Positions 1 to 8,381 of a DNA stretch of 41,389 nucleotides are shown one piece after another. Source of the stretch: a virus; the IMG/VR virus record IMGVR_UViG_3300044257_000012; one strand, 5' to 3'. Both the position numbers and the translations under genes were made by a program. How positions within the stretch are numbered: the first letter of the stretch is position 1; every line of letters begins with the position of its first letter. The notes below the pieces were generated by a model, which was given only the letters and a program-made list of their open reading frames with translations, was not told the origin of the DNA and made no database searches.

Positions 1-127
1 CAGCACGATGGACCCGACGCCGGTCGGGGCATTGAGGGTGAGCGTGCTCGTGCTGCTCGTCGCCGTCGTCCCCAGGGTCCACGCGGTGCGCGTGCGATCA
101 CCGCCGACAACGCCCCAGATTCCGCCG
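1..127. repeat. 127-bp segment identical to 41263..41389 (contig end overlap / circular closure)
   Basis: Direct comparison of both window ends: cagcacgatggacccgacgcc...ccccagattccgccg, 127/127 identical. Confidence 0.95.
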
Positions 128-531
128 GCCACGAGTGAGCGCTGACCCGTGCCCTCCGCGCCGATCTCCAGCGCGTCACTCGTGCTCGTATCGATCTCGA
201 TCGCGCTGTACGGCGCGCCCGATCCCGGCCAGAGCAGGGCGGACGCGTACACGTTCTCCCCGCCGGAGACCAGCGACGTCAGCGAGTGGAGACGAAACTG
301 GTTCAGCCAGAATCGATAAGCCTCGCCGTTGTTCACGGTCGGCCAGTCGAAGGAGATCGTGCCGGTCCACGGGGCGAATGCGGGACGCGTCGCGTCGCCG
401 AGATTGACGAGTCGGTCAACGGAGTCGCTGGCCGATTCCAGCGCTTCCAGGATCTCATCCTGTACGTAGGCGCTTGCTTTCACGTCGGAAGCGCGCATGA
501 CTCTTTCGACAGTGGCATATACCGCGCGCAT
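1..531 (-). CDS. virion-module protein, N-terminal part; continues across the junction at 41262 (about 356 aa when joined)
   Basis: Hand translation from ATG 531 (alt ATG 498) is open to nt 1. It is in frame with ORF 40723..41268 once 1..127 is overlaid on 41263..41389. GC-rich third positions. Confidence 0.6.
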   Translation of the reverse strand, partial: MRAVYATVERVMRASDVKASAYVQDEILEALESASDSVDRLVNLGDATRPAFAPWTGTISFDWPTVNNGEAYRFWLNQFRLHSLTSLVSGGENVYASALLWPGSGAPYSAIEIDTSTSDALEIGAEGTGQRSLVAGGIWGVVGGDRTRTAWTLGTTATSSTSTLTLNAPTGVGSIVL

Positions 532-543
532 CTATTCCGCCGT

Positions 544-1389
544 TCAGTTCGTGGGGGTGACGACGTGTCCGCCGAATTGACAGTGAAGAACACCCCGCAC
601 GCGGACCAGCGGCCAACCGTGCTGCGGGCAGTCCAGCGGGTTGCGGCGGCGCTCGGCGTTCACTCGCGCGTCTTGCCGAGCGGACTCGATCACGGCCATC
701 AGCCCGTTCCACCCACCCGCGGGTGCGGGTGTCGTGATCGACGGCGCGCCGAGCGTCATCTGAGATTCAATACCGTCAGGCGCGATGCCCTGAATGGCTA
801 CCGTGGGCGCACCGAGCGTTATCGGCGCGGCAATGCCCGTAGGGGTGATTGCGGTATCACCGCCTGTGGCAGTGAATTCGAAGTCGACGAAGTAGCACGT
901 TCCGCCACCGCCGCTCGGGTAGGTGGCGGACGCGTCGATGGCGAACGCCCCATTGCGCAGCGAACCCAGGCCGACCGGATCGTCACCGTTGGCGTCCGCC
1001 GTGATGTCACCGTTGACCAGGTCACCGGTGAAGAATGACGTCGTGGCGACGTACCGGCCAGCACCTGAGAAGATGCACGCGCGGTAGAGGGTGCTCGTGG
1101 TGACGCTCTGGGGGGTATCGAACGTGACCGTGTTCCAGGTTCCACCGGTGGGCGCACTGCCCGTCGTCTTGGTAGCCAGCAACGTCCCCGCGGGGGACGG
1201 GGTGTCAGCAGCGTCGACGCGATACAGCAGCGCCGTGTACGTCCCGCCGACCGTGACCGTGGCGTAGAACCTGACGCCGGACACCGTGCCTGCCGTGGCG
1301 AATCTGGCCGTGGTGGCTGTGGTGATGCCGGGAGCGCCGTCGGACGCGTCCGTGATGGTGGGGGTCTGGCTGGTAAACAGGTTGGCCAC
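544..1389 (-). CDS. DUF4082-like virion protein (possible fibre or decoration protein)
   Basis: 281-aa ORF. N-terminus MANLFTSQTP..DASDG...GVRFY resembles the DUF4082 signature. Thr/Gly/Ala-rich, with a C-terminal Cys/His cluster. Confidence 0.6.
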   Translation of the reverse strand: MANLFTSQTPTITDASDGAPGITTATTARFATAGTVSGVRFYATVTVGGTYTALLYRVDAADTPSPAGTLLATKTTGSAPTGGTWNTVTFDTPQSVTTSTLYRACIFSGAGRYVATTSFFTGDLVNGDITADANGDDPVGLGSLRNGAFAIDASATYPSGGGGTCYFVDFEFTATGGDTAITPTGIAAPITLGAPTVAIQGIAPDGIESQMTLGAPSITTPAPAGGWNGLMAVIESARQDARVNAERRRNPLDCPQHGWPLVRVRGVLHCQFGGHVVTPTN

Positions 1390-1399
1390 GAGTCGGCGC

Positions 1400-1828
1400 T
1401 CAGCTCAGCCGGAAGATCTTGTCCGCGCTCGACGCCCATGTGACAGTCGTCGTCCCCGTACCCGGTTGTACGGCCAGTCCGGTGCCCGTGTCGTAGTACG
1501 CAATGACGCGCTGCGCACTCGTCGCCACGTCAGCCCCGCCGGTGACCGCGCTCGACTGGAATATCAGGAGCCCGTGGTCAATGGCGCTGGCCGTGGTGGT
1601 GATCGTCGTGTCGTCCGCGTCGAACACGCCGCTGGTGGTCGTCCTGTTCGCGAGCGCGGCGCTCGTCCCGTTGATCGTTCCGCCCGCGCCGGTCACGTCG
1701 GAGACGTACGTGTGCGCTGAGCTGAACGTATAGCCGCGGACCAGCGAACATTTGATGACGGCCGTATCGAGGTCGATCGCACCCGTGAGCAGGCCCTCTC
1801 TGGCCGTGTTGTATAGGGCGTTGGTCAC
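1400..1828 (-). CDS. hypothetical virion-module protein
   Basis: 142-aa ORF co-oriented with the structural genes. Thr/Gly-rich. No competing ORF has protein-like composition. Confidence 0.6.
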   Translation of the reverse strand: MTNALYNTAREGLLTGAIDLDTAVIKCSLVRGYTFSSAHTYVSDVTGAGGTINGTSAALANRTTTSGVFDADDTTITTTASAIDHGLLIFQSSAVTGGADVATSAQRVIAYYDTGTGLAVQPGTGTTTVTWASSADKIFRLS

Positions 1829-1886
1829 GAGTCGATCCCTTCGAGAAAGGCGTCACGCCCGGCCAGAGCTGGCCGGGCGTGACAGG

Positions 1887-2348
1887 TCACGCAGCGACGA
1901 TCGTCGCGCCGGCGTCGAGCGGAACGTACGTGACGTTCCATTTGACCGAGCCCGTGTTGCTGGCCGCACAGGACAGATCGATGGTGCCGACGTTGACGAC
2001 GATGCCGTTGGTCTGCACGGGCGTCGCGCCGGCGTTCGCGCCGACCATCGCCGTGGCGAACGTACCGGTGATGCCGTAGAGGCAACCGGCCTGATCGGCG
2101 GAGATGTCCAGCACGGCGCACAGATCAACGTCAGTGCCCGTGGTCGGGTTGGCGACGATCTTGGTGTTGTTCGCCTGAGTCTGAATGACCGTGGTGACCT
2201 CGCCGACGATCGACGTGATGATCACGCGGCCAGTGGCGACGGTGAACAGTGCGGACTGCGTGGTCTGCGGGAGCGCGGCCGTGGCGCGAGCCACGGAGAT
2301 CCCGAAGAGTGCCTTGCGGAACGCCGCAGCGTCGTCGAGAACGCTCAC
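1887..2348 (-). CDS. hypothetical virion-module protein
   Basis: 153-aa ORF. 4-nt overlap with the upstream gene stop, suggesting translational coupling. Confidence 0.6.
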   Translation of the reverse strand: MSVLDDAAAFRKALFGISVARATAALPQTTQSALFTVATGRVIITSIVGEVTTVIQTQANNTKIVANPTTGTDVDLCAVLDISADQAGCLYGITGTFATAMVGANAGATPVQTNGIVVNVGTIDLSCAASNTGSVKWNVTYVPLDAGATIVAA

Positions 2349-2779
2349 GCGGTCACGCTCCGAAGGTTCTGCGGAGCGCGCTGATGAGCCAGGTCGTGCA
2401 GCACGGCCATGACCGTGGCAGATCCGTCACCCGAGCACTTGACGTACGGGTAACCGTCCGGGCACTGGTTCGCCGCGACGTAGATCGCCACGAAGTCCTC
2501 AGTAGCGTCGGCCGCGCTGACGGTCTCCGCCGCAGTCTGCGTGGTGCGGTGCCAGACTCCCGAGCTCGTGTCGGCGGACTTGCCGTAGTACGAGGTGATG
2601 ATGTCGGGCGTGGTGGTGGCGGTGCCGGCCGCGTCCGAAGAGAACGTGATCGTGAATACCGTCGCGCCGTCGACTTCGTGCCCGAGGAACGTAATGCCGG
2701 CGGCGTCCGCCATGAGGATGTAGACGTCATCGGCGGGGTAGTGGGCGTTGAACAGTCGCCCGAGCCCTTCACTGAACAT
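2345..2779 (-). CDS. hypothetical virion-module protein
   Basis: ORF 2345..2812 trimmed to ATG 2779, which is preceded by GAGAGGAA. 144 aa. Confidence 0.6.
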   Translation of the reverse strand: MFSEGLGRLFNAHYPADDVYILMADAAGITFLGHEVDGATVFTITFSSDAAGTATTTPDIITSYYGKSADTSSGVWHRTTQTAAETVSAADATEDFVAIYVAANQCPDGYPYVKCSGDGSATVMAVLHDLAHQRAPQNLRSVTA

Positions 2780-2943
2780 GTGGTTCCTCTCCGCTGCTCG
2801 CGAGGGTTTCAATGCCCGTGAGCGAATGACCGGACAGGGGTTTGATTGCCTGTTCCGGCTTGGATGTCTGGCCGATCATAGCAGTCGCGCGAGTACAGTA
2901 CGAGCACGAGAAAGTCAAGCTGCAAAAATCAAGCGTGCAAGTA

Positions 2944-2972
2944 TTGCGCGACGATGAATCGCGCGCTATGAT
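2944..2972 (+). promoter_or_regulatory. sigma70-like promoter TTGCGC-N17-TATGAT
   Basis: -35 at 2944..2949 and -10 at 2967..2972, about 40 nt upstream of ATG 3014. Homologous copy at 4084..4112. Confidence 0.5.
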
Positions 2973-3013
2973 TTGCACGTAACCATCGAGGGGCGACGAA
3001 AGAGGTACGAATC

Positions 3014-3196
3014 ATGGCCAGCACTCGCACCGCCGAAGACGTGCGTCACGAGGTCATCACCTCGCTTGCCGGATCGGAGTCCGAGTTCAACGTCGACGGG
3101 ATCGTCGACGCCATCGTGAGCAACTACGGTCTCGACTCGATCGACGACATCCCCAGCAACGCCTACTGGACCATCGTCGAGAACAACGCGCTGTGA
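3014..3196 (+). CDS. hypothetical small acidic protein
   Basis: 60-aa ORF, first gene after the promoter. GAGG 9 nt upstream of the ATG. Confidence 0.6.
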   Translation: MASTRTAEDVRHEVITSLAGSESEFNVDGIVDAIVSNYGLDSIDDIPSNAYWTIVENNAL

Positions 3197-3438
3197 CCGG
3201 GCCTGGATCGAATGAAGGACTCGGCGAAGCGTTGCACTGGGCGCGCGACTCGTATCTCGTGAATGCGGATCGCGACTTCCTCCTACTCGAAGCGGGAAAG
3301 CGATCGAGAGACGTCACGAGTCTGATCGAACTCCGATCATGGATCGGGAACAAGCGCCGCACGGCCAGGGACGGACGCGCACTCGCGAAACGCTGGGGAG
3401 TCACCCTCCCCAGCGAATCAAATCAGGAGCACCGATGA
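3193..3438 (+). CDS. hypothetical protein
   Basis: 81-aa ORF. GTGA start/stop overlap with the upstream gene. Confidence 0.55.
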   Translation: MTGPGSNEGLGEALHWARDSYLVNADRDFLLLEAGKRSRDVTSLIELRSWIGNKRRTARDGRALAKRWGVTLPSESNQEHR

Positions 3439-3977
3439 ACAAGATCCCGACACTTTTCCGGCGTGACCCTGCCGACATGAAACGAGTCCTCCCTGAGGTC
3501 AACCCAGAATGCCAGTGGGTGATAGACGGGGAGGGTGTCGCGACTCGCAAGTATGACGGCACGTGCGTCATGTTTGACGGTGAGTACTGGTGGGCAAGGC
3601 GAGAAGTCAAGCGTGACGCGGTTCCGCCGACAAACTACGTTCCGATCTCCATCGACCTGAACACGGGCAAAACGATGGGGTGGGAACCGATCGGACAGTC
3701 GTCGTTCGCGAAGTTCCACGCGGAAGCGCTAGGGGCGTCGGATCGAAACCTCACGCCGGGCACCTTCGAGCTAATCGGCGCGAGAATCAACAAGAATCCT
3801 GAAGCGGTTCCTTCGGGGCATCGTCTGGTCCGCCATGAATACGCTGCCCTCCTTCCCGGCGCTCCACGCGACTACGATGCGCTACATGCATATCTCGCCG
3901 AATTCGACGGTGAGGGTATCGTCTGGCATCACCCGGACGGGCGCATGGCAAAACTCAAGCGGCGCGACTTCGTCTAG
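3435..3977 (+). CDS. minimal ATP-dependent nucleic-acid ligase (RNA/DNA ligase nucleotidyltransferase domain only)
   Basis: ORF 3339..3977 trimmed to ATG 3435 (AGGAG upstream, ATGA overlap). Motif I KYDGT, motif IV EGIVWH and motif V KLKRRDF. 180 aa. Confidence 0.7.
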   Translation: MNKIPTLFRRDPADMKRVLPEVNPECQWVIDGEGVATRKYDGTCVMFDGEYWWARREVKRDAVPPTNYVPISIDLNTGKTMGWEPIGQSSFAKFHAEALGASDRNLTPGTFELIGARINKNPEAVPSGHRLVRHEYAALLPGAPRDYDALHAYLAEFDGEGIVWHHPDGRMAKLKRRDFV

Positions 3978-3983
3978 TCACGC

Positions 3984-4020
3984 AAAAACGCCCCACACCG
4001 AAATGGTGCGGGGCGTTTTT
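3984..4020. terminator. bidirectional rho-independent terminator hairpin
   Basis: aaaaacgccccacacc-gaaa-tggtgcggggcgttttt. GC stem flanked by an A-run and a T-run. Confidence 0.75.
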
Positions 4021-4057
4021 GCGGTTGCCAAGAATCAGGCGCGCACTGCAAGAGTCA
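3984..4057. repeat. 74-bp direct repeat, copy 1 (terminator plus duplicated last 23 nt of the capsid gene)
   Basis: Matches 4460..4533 except for the inverted hairpin loop. Includes tcaggcgcgcactgcaagagtca, which is the capsid gene 3' end. Confidence 0.9.
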
Positions 4058-4083
4058 AGCGTGAAGAATCATGTGTGCAAGTA

Positions 4084-4112
4084 TTGCGCATCGATGAATC
4101 AGGGAGTAGTAT
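4084..4112 (+). promoter_or_regulatory. sigma70-like promoter TTGCGC-N17-TAGTAT
   Basis: -35 at 4084..4089 and -10 at 4107..4112. The surrounding ~60 nt is homologous to 2911..2975. Confidence 0.5.
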
Positions 4113-4151
4113 TTGACTTGCAAGTGAGAGAACGAACGAGGGGCGAACGAA

Positions 4152-4454
4152 ATGTCGAACGAGTTGCAAGAGATTCGCAAGAGCATGACCGGCAAAATGT
4201 ATTGTGCGCTCACGACAGGCAGCCACGTAGGGTATACATGCATTGGCCAGAGGGTCACGCTGAACGCCCTGAGGCGCCGCGGCTTGATCGCGGATGACAA
4301 CCGATGGACTCGGCTTGGATGGGCCATGGTCTTGTGGATCGTCGCCACTGAGCCGGGGTGGAATCCCGCATACTTCAAACTCCCCCAGGACGTTCACACC
4401 GAAGCCCTAGCGGAAGACGCTTCGCGGCGAGACCAGCGCAACTCCGCATCCTGA
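4152..4454 (+). CDS. hypothetical protein (single-gene cassette)
   Basis: 100-aa ORF. CGAGGGGCGA lies 5 nt upstream of the ATG. Has its own promoter and terminator. Confidence 0.6.
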   Translation: MSNELQEIRKSMTGKMYCALTTGSHVGYTCIGQRVTLNALRRRGLIADDNRWTRLGWAMVLWIVATEPGWNPAYFKLPQDVHTEALAEDASRRDQRNSAS

Positions 4455-4459
4455 GACAC

Positions 4460-4496
4460 AAAAACGCCCCGCACCATTTCGGCGTGGGGCGTTTTT
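4460..4496. terminator. bidirectional rho-independent terminator hairpin
   Basis: aaaaacgccccgcacc-atttc-ggcgtggggcgttttt. Lies between the convergent genes 4152..4454 and the capsid gene. Confidence 0.75.
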
Positions 4497-4533
4497 GCGG
4501 TTGCCAAGAATCAGGCGCGCACTGCAAGAGTCA
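4460..4533. repeat. 74-bp direct repeat, copy 2 (overlaps the true capsid gene 3' end)
   Basis: See 3984..4057. Confidence 0.9.
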
Positions 4534-5866
4534 CGAACGGGCTCAAAGTCGGTCCGCCGTTCTTGGGCGTGATCGCCGACGGAATCCACGGACGTCCGTC
4601 GTTGCGTGCGATGACGCGGATGGTGGTCTGGTCGGAGGTGAACTTGACGTGCGGGGACGTCTCCACGCTCGCAGTCTCCCGCTGACCGATCAGGTAGAAG
4701 CCGAGGTCCACCAGCGACAGATCCCCCTGGTCGCCGAGCACGCCCGGAGTCTTCTCGCTCATGATGACCGGCCGGCCAAGCAGGGTGAGCTGCGGCGCAC
4801 CGTGGCCGTCAGTGATCCACACGGCGCTGCCACCGGTGCCGACGGACAGCGCCATCGTCGCCAGCTCGACGAACGTATCCGGCGACGCGAGCCACACGGC
4901 GCGGCCAATCGACGACGGTAGCATCCGCGCGTACATCTTCAGGGCGTTCTGCCAGACGATCGTGTCCGCGGCCTGCCCGGTCTCCTTCGTCTGCACGATC
5001 AGCGCCGGGTTCTGCGTGGCGATCGCGCCCAGCGGCTCACCCGCGCCGGTACCGGTGAGGAAGTCAGAGTCCGCGTAGAACGCCATCGCTTTCGGCAGGG
5101 CCGTCATCAGGAACGCAGTGAGCGCACCCCCGCCATCCTTGATCAGTTCGTTGGTCACGTACGCGAGAGCGGTCTGCTTGGTCGGGGACAGCTTGACCCG
5201 ACCGAACTTGGCCTCACTCTCGACGAACTCCTCCCCCTCCTCGGTGCGGTAGACGACCACACCGCCGTAGACCGAAGAGGCGTTCGAGGTGGCGTCCACC
5301 GTCGGGAAGGTAAGCGTCGCGCTCGACATCGGGATGACCGTGGCGCGCGGGAGGACGACCGACTCTTCCAGCTCCAGCATGTGAAGTTCCTGCCGGAACT
5401 CCTCCGGAACGAGGAAGCCGCCCGAACTCGGGATCTTCTCGCTGTAAGCGTTGACCAGCGCGATGTTCTCGGCCTGCTCCGCCGACGGATTGCGGTTGCC
5501 GTGCCACATCGCCTGAACAAATTCGCCGATGTCGCCGAACTTGCCGTTCAGCGCAGCGCCGGGAGCGCGACTCGGCTTGCCCTTCGCCTTGTGCCCGGCC
5601 AGCAGCGCACCGTTCAGCAGGGCCGCGCCGCTCTTGTCGGCCTTCAGGCCCTGCTCACGGAACATGTCGACGATGACGGACTGAGTGGCCTCTTTGATCT
5701 GGCCGGTCATGTCGGCGCGCTCGGCGTTCTGAGCGTCGACGTAGGCGGTAAGGCTCTCCTTGAAGGAGCCGTCGGCCAGAGCCGCGCCACCCTTCTCGGG
5801 AGTGTCCAGCGTCTCGAGGTACGAATTGAACTCGGCCACGGTCTCCGGGAGTGCGCGAGTGCTCAC
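4511..5866 (-). CDS. major capsid protein, HK97 fold
   Basis: ORF 4511..6019 trimmed to GTG 5866 (GTGA overlap with the protease stop, AAGAGG upstream). 451 aa with typical Phage_capsid-like sequence, following the portal and protease. Confidence 0.9.
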   Translation of the reverse strand: MSTRALPETVAEFNSYLETLDTPEKGGAALADGSFKESLTAYVDAQNAERADMTGQIKEATQSVIVDMFREQGLKADKSGAALLNGALLAGHKAKGKPSRAPGAALNGKFGDIGEFVQAMWHGNRNPSAEQAENIALVNAYSEKIPSSGGFLVPEEFRQELHMLELEESVVLPRATVIPMSSATLTFPTVDATSNASSVYGGVVVYRTEEGEEFVESEAKFGRVKLSPTKQTALAYVTNELIKDGGGALTAFLMTALPKAMAFYADSDFLTGTGAGEPLGAIATQNPALIVQTKETGQAADTIVWQNALKMYARMLPSSIGRAVWLASPDTFVELATMALSVGTGGSAVWITDGHGAPQLTLLGRPVIMSEKTPGVLGDQGDLSLVDLGFYLIGQRETASVETSPHVKFTSDQTTIRVIARNDGRPWIPSAITPKNGGPTLSPFVTLAVRA

Positions 5867-6708
5867 GCGAGTACCTCTTTCATGATGTTGACGAGAGCCG
5901 CGCGATCCCAGTTGACGGCGGTTTCTTTCTGCTCGTGCTGCTCGTGCTCTTGCGATTCCCTCGCGAGGGCTCGCGCGCTGACGCCCGCAGCAACCTCTTG
6001 CGGGAGGATGTTCACCCAACCGGCGAGGTAGTCGTCGATCGACTCGGCCGACTCGTCATCGTCCCCGACGATCTCATCGACGAGTCCGGCATCGAGTGCG
6101 GTCTGGCCGGTATACCAGACACCATCCTCACCGTTCTCCAGCATCTTCGCGCGCCAGAACTCGACATCCTCGCCCGCTTTCTCGGCGTAGATGTCCGCGA
6201 TGTTCGCCGACGCCAAGTCCAGCAACTCGACCTTGCGCATCAGGGAGTCGCGGTTGCCGAACACGCCGGTCATCGCATCGTGGATCATGAACATTGCATT
6301 GCGCGATGTCTTGACCGTGTCGCACGCGAGCATGACGAACGATGCCGCCGAAGCAGCGATGCCGTCGACGTACCCCGTCGTCAGGCCGGAATGCCGGGAG
6401 ATGAGTGAGTGGATGGCAACACCATCGAACGCGTCGCCACCGCCGGAGTTGATCCGCACGTCCAGCGGACCGGGGCCGACCTCGTGCAGGATGCGCGCCA
6501 CGTCGCTGGCCGAGATGCCGTCCTCAAACCAGCTACCTCCGCCGATCCGTCCGTAGATCATCAGCTCAGCCGGCGCTTCAGCAGTCACCCGCGCGCGCAT
6601 CGCCAGTCCGGGGACATCGGCCAGAGGACGAACGGCGGGTTGGTTGGACATCGCGTACGCCACGACAGGATCAAGTGCGCTGAGAATGCCGCGCCTACGT
6701 TTGTTCAT
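5863..6708 (-). CDS. prohead (capsid maturation) protease, ClpP/S14-like
   Basis: 281 aa. INSGGGD, GIAASAASF (Ser) and MFMIHDA (His) motifs. Acidic C-terminal tail. Lies between portal and capsid. Confidence 0.85.
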   Translation of the reverse strand: MNKRRRGILSALDPVVAYAMSNQPAVRPLADVPGLAMRARVTAEAPAELMIYGRIGGGSWFEDGISASDVARILHEVGPGPLDVRINSGGGDAFDGVAIHSLISRHSGLTTGYVDGIAASAASFVMLACDTVKTSRNAMFMIHDAMTGVFGNRDSLMRKVELLDLASANIADIYAEKAGEDVEFWRAKMLENGEDGVWYTGQTALDAGLVDEIVGDDDESAESIDDYLAGWVNILPQEVAAGVSARALARESQEHEQHEQKETAVNWDRAALVNIMKEVLA

Positions 6709-6944
6709 GCGTCACCCTTGCGCTTGCTCACTGTGCACCGACACCGGTTACCGTACTCCGCACCGACGCACTTGATATAGCCCCGACCACCCGGGTAGTC
6801 CGCATATGCGCTTGCGCGGTTGCGATACAGCTTCCCGTCATTGCCCTTGCACGGCTTACACACGCTGTCGTCACTCTTCGCCGTCACTATCCAGCGCATG
6901 GCGTTATCAAGTCCGCCGAGGAGTCGAGCGACGTACGTGCTCAC
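6705..6944 (-). CDS. small Cys-rich protein with MuF/SPP1-gp7-like core motif
   Basis: DDSVCKPCKGNDGKLY resembles the D-x-x-V-C-x-x-C...DG motif of head-morphogenesis proteins. Start uncertain (GTG 6944 or ATG 6899). ATGA overlap with the protease start. Confidence 0.45.
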   Translation of the reverse strand: MSTYVARLLGGLDNAMRWIVTAKSDDSVCKPCKGNDGKLYRNRASAYADYPGGRGYIKCVGAEYGNRCRCTVSKRKGDA

Positions 6945-6945
6945 G

Positions 6946-7161
6946 TCAGAACGCCACCGAAACGAGAGGCTTGCCCGAGCTGCGGGCATCGCGCTCACTG
7001 GCATAGACGGTGACGCTACGGGCCAGCACGTCGGACGAGTCGGGGCCGATGTGCACCACGGCCTCTTTTCCGGCCACCTGAACGGCGCGAGCGGCAATGG
7101 TATGCGCGCCATTATCGACGAACACCCGGACGTCATCTCCGACTTTCAGTGCGGCCATCAT
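6946..7161 (-). CDS. hypothetical small protein
   Basis: 71-aa ORF. ATGA overlap with the portal stop. Confidence 0.5.
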   Translation of the reverse strand: MMAALKVGDDVRVFVDNGAHTIAARAVQVAGKEAVVHIGPDSSDVLARSVTVYASERDARSSGKPLVSVAF

Positions 7162-8381
7162 TCATCCTCTTCAGCGGCGGGAATCGCGCGGGGAATCGCG
7201 GGGGCGGGTTCCTTCACGGTCATCGGGGGGAGACCGCATACCTCAGCGGCTTCGAGCGGATCGACACGCGCACCGACCAGCGTGGCGAACGCCGTCGTGC
7301 GCGCGGCGAGATCAAGGCGCTCCGATTCGGCATCGGCGGGGATCGGGGAGCGGTAGTTGTACTCGTGGCTCTTCCAGAGCGGACCGAACATCGGCAGTAG
7401 TCGCGAATTCAGGACACCGCGGATGTCTTCCAATCGCGGGATGGTGAGTGTCTGCGCCATGAGCGTCATCGACGCTTCCGCGCTCGCTCGGTTGACGTCG
7501 TCCACGTCGCCGATGCCGAACTTCGGGAAGCCGAACGTGTCGAACACGGCCTGCCGAGTGAGGCCGCGGCTCTCGACGAATTGCATGTCTTTCTGCGTGT
7601 ACGACAGGGGGGTGAAATCACCCTCTTCGAGCACGGCGACGCGGCCGGCATTCTGTACGCCCTGGTGCTGGAAGCGCCAACGCTCGACGAGTTCTTCGAA
7701 CTCGGTCTCGCTCATGCGCCGGCCGACCCTGATGATGCCACCCGGATTGGCGGAGTTGCGATACAGCGATGCTTGCCAGGTGGACTGTGCGTCACTCTGC
7801 GCCAGGTCGGACGCCAGCGCGCCGATCGGCGACTCGCCGCGGAACGGATCGGACGGCGATGGCAGGAACGACGTGATCACGTCGTCGACGTCGAGCGGGA
7901 TCTCTTCACCGTCAGGTGAGCGGTAGACGTATCCGGCGATGAACTTGGTGGTGCTCGGCACCACGAACATGCGGTCGGGGCGGACCGGCCAGATCTCGAC
8001 GGGCATCCCGCCGATCTTGACCAGCACCCACCAAAATTCGCCGCACAGGTCCTTGTGCTGCTGAGATGCGTTGACGAGTAGCGCGCGGCTCATGAAGTCG
8101 TTCGGCTTGCGCCAGACTTTCAGCGGCGCGGCGTTCTCCGCGCGCACCCCTTCCAGTGGAACGGGTGCGTCGCCAGCCGTCGTCGGCTTGGCGCACAGAT
8201 CCCACTCGACCATCGACGTCATACGCGCGAGCTTTGTCACCACGCCGTACAGAGTGGCCGTGGCCGTGAGGGAGTCGAGCTCGCTCGATCGATCCCGCCG
8301 ACTGAACAGCCCTGTTCCGCTGTAGAGTGGGCGTCCGGCCTGGGACCGAGGGATGAGCGGGACCGGGGTGTCGTTCACCAT
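7158..8381 (-). CDS. portal protein (HK97-family-like)
   Basis: ORF 7158..8618 trimmed to ATG 8381. 407 aa, acidic C-terminus, positioned upstream of protease and capsid. Confidence 0.85.
   Translation of the reverse strand: MVNDTPVPLIPRSQAGRPLYSGTGLFSRRDRSSELDSLTATATLYGVVTKLARMTSMVEWDLCAKPTTAGDAPVPLEGVRAENAAPLKVWRKPNDFMSRALLVNASQQHKDLCGEFWWVLVKIGGMPVEIWPVRPDRMFVVPSTTKFIAGYVYRSPDGEEIPLDVDDVITSFLPSPSDPFRGESPIGALASDLAQSDAQSTWQASLYRNSANPGGIIRVGRRMSETEFEELVERWRFQHQGVQNAGRVAVLEEGDFTPLSYTQKDMQFVESRGLTRQAVFDTFGFPKFGIGDVDDVNRASAEASMTLMAQTLTIPRLEDIRGVLNSRLLPMFGPLWKSHEYNYRSPIPADAESERLDLAARTTAFATLVGARVDPLEAAEVCGLPPMTVKEPAPAIPRAIPAAEEDE

Noticed and set aside
286-1038. 250-aa plus-strand ORF, and similar long ORFs antisense or out of frame to good genes (5381..6031 +, 13409..14224 +, 16403..17323 +, 27906..28652 -, 28295..28987 +, 30094..30828 -, 21504..22157 -).
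   Set aside because: They are Arg/Pro/Gly-rich shadow ORFs typical of high-GC DNA. Each overlaps a gene with recognisable motifs, proper start signals or translational coupling.
4035-4397. 120-aa minus-strand ORF ending ...LTLAVRA, like the capsid protein.
   Set aside because: The shared C-terminus is a consequence of the 74-bp duplication. The ORF is antisense to a better plus-strand gene that has its own promoter, SD and terminator.
3984-4496. The two terminator hairpins as inverted-repeat ends of a transposable element.
   Set aside because: The flanks are in direct, not inverted, orientation and only the loop is flipped. No transposase is present.
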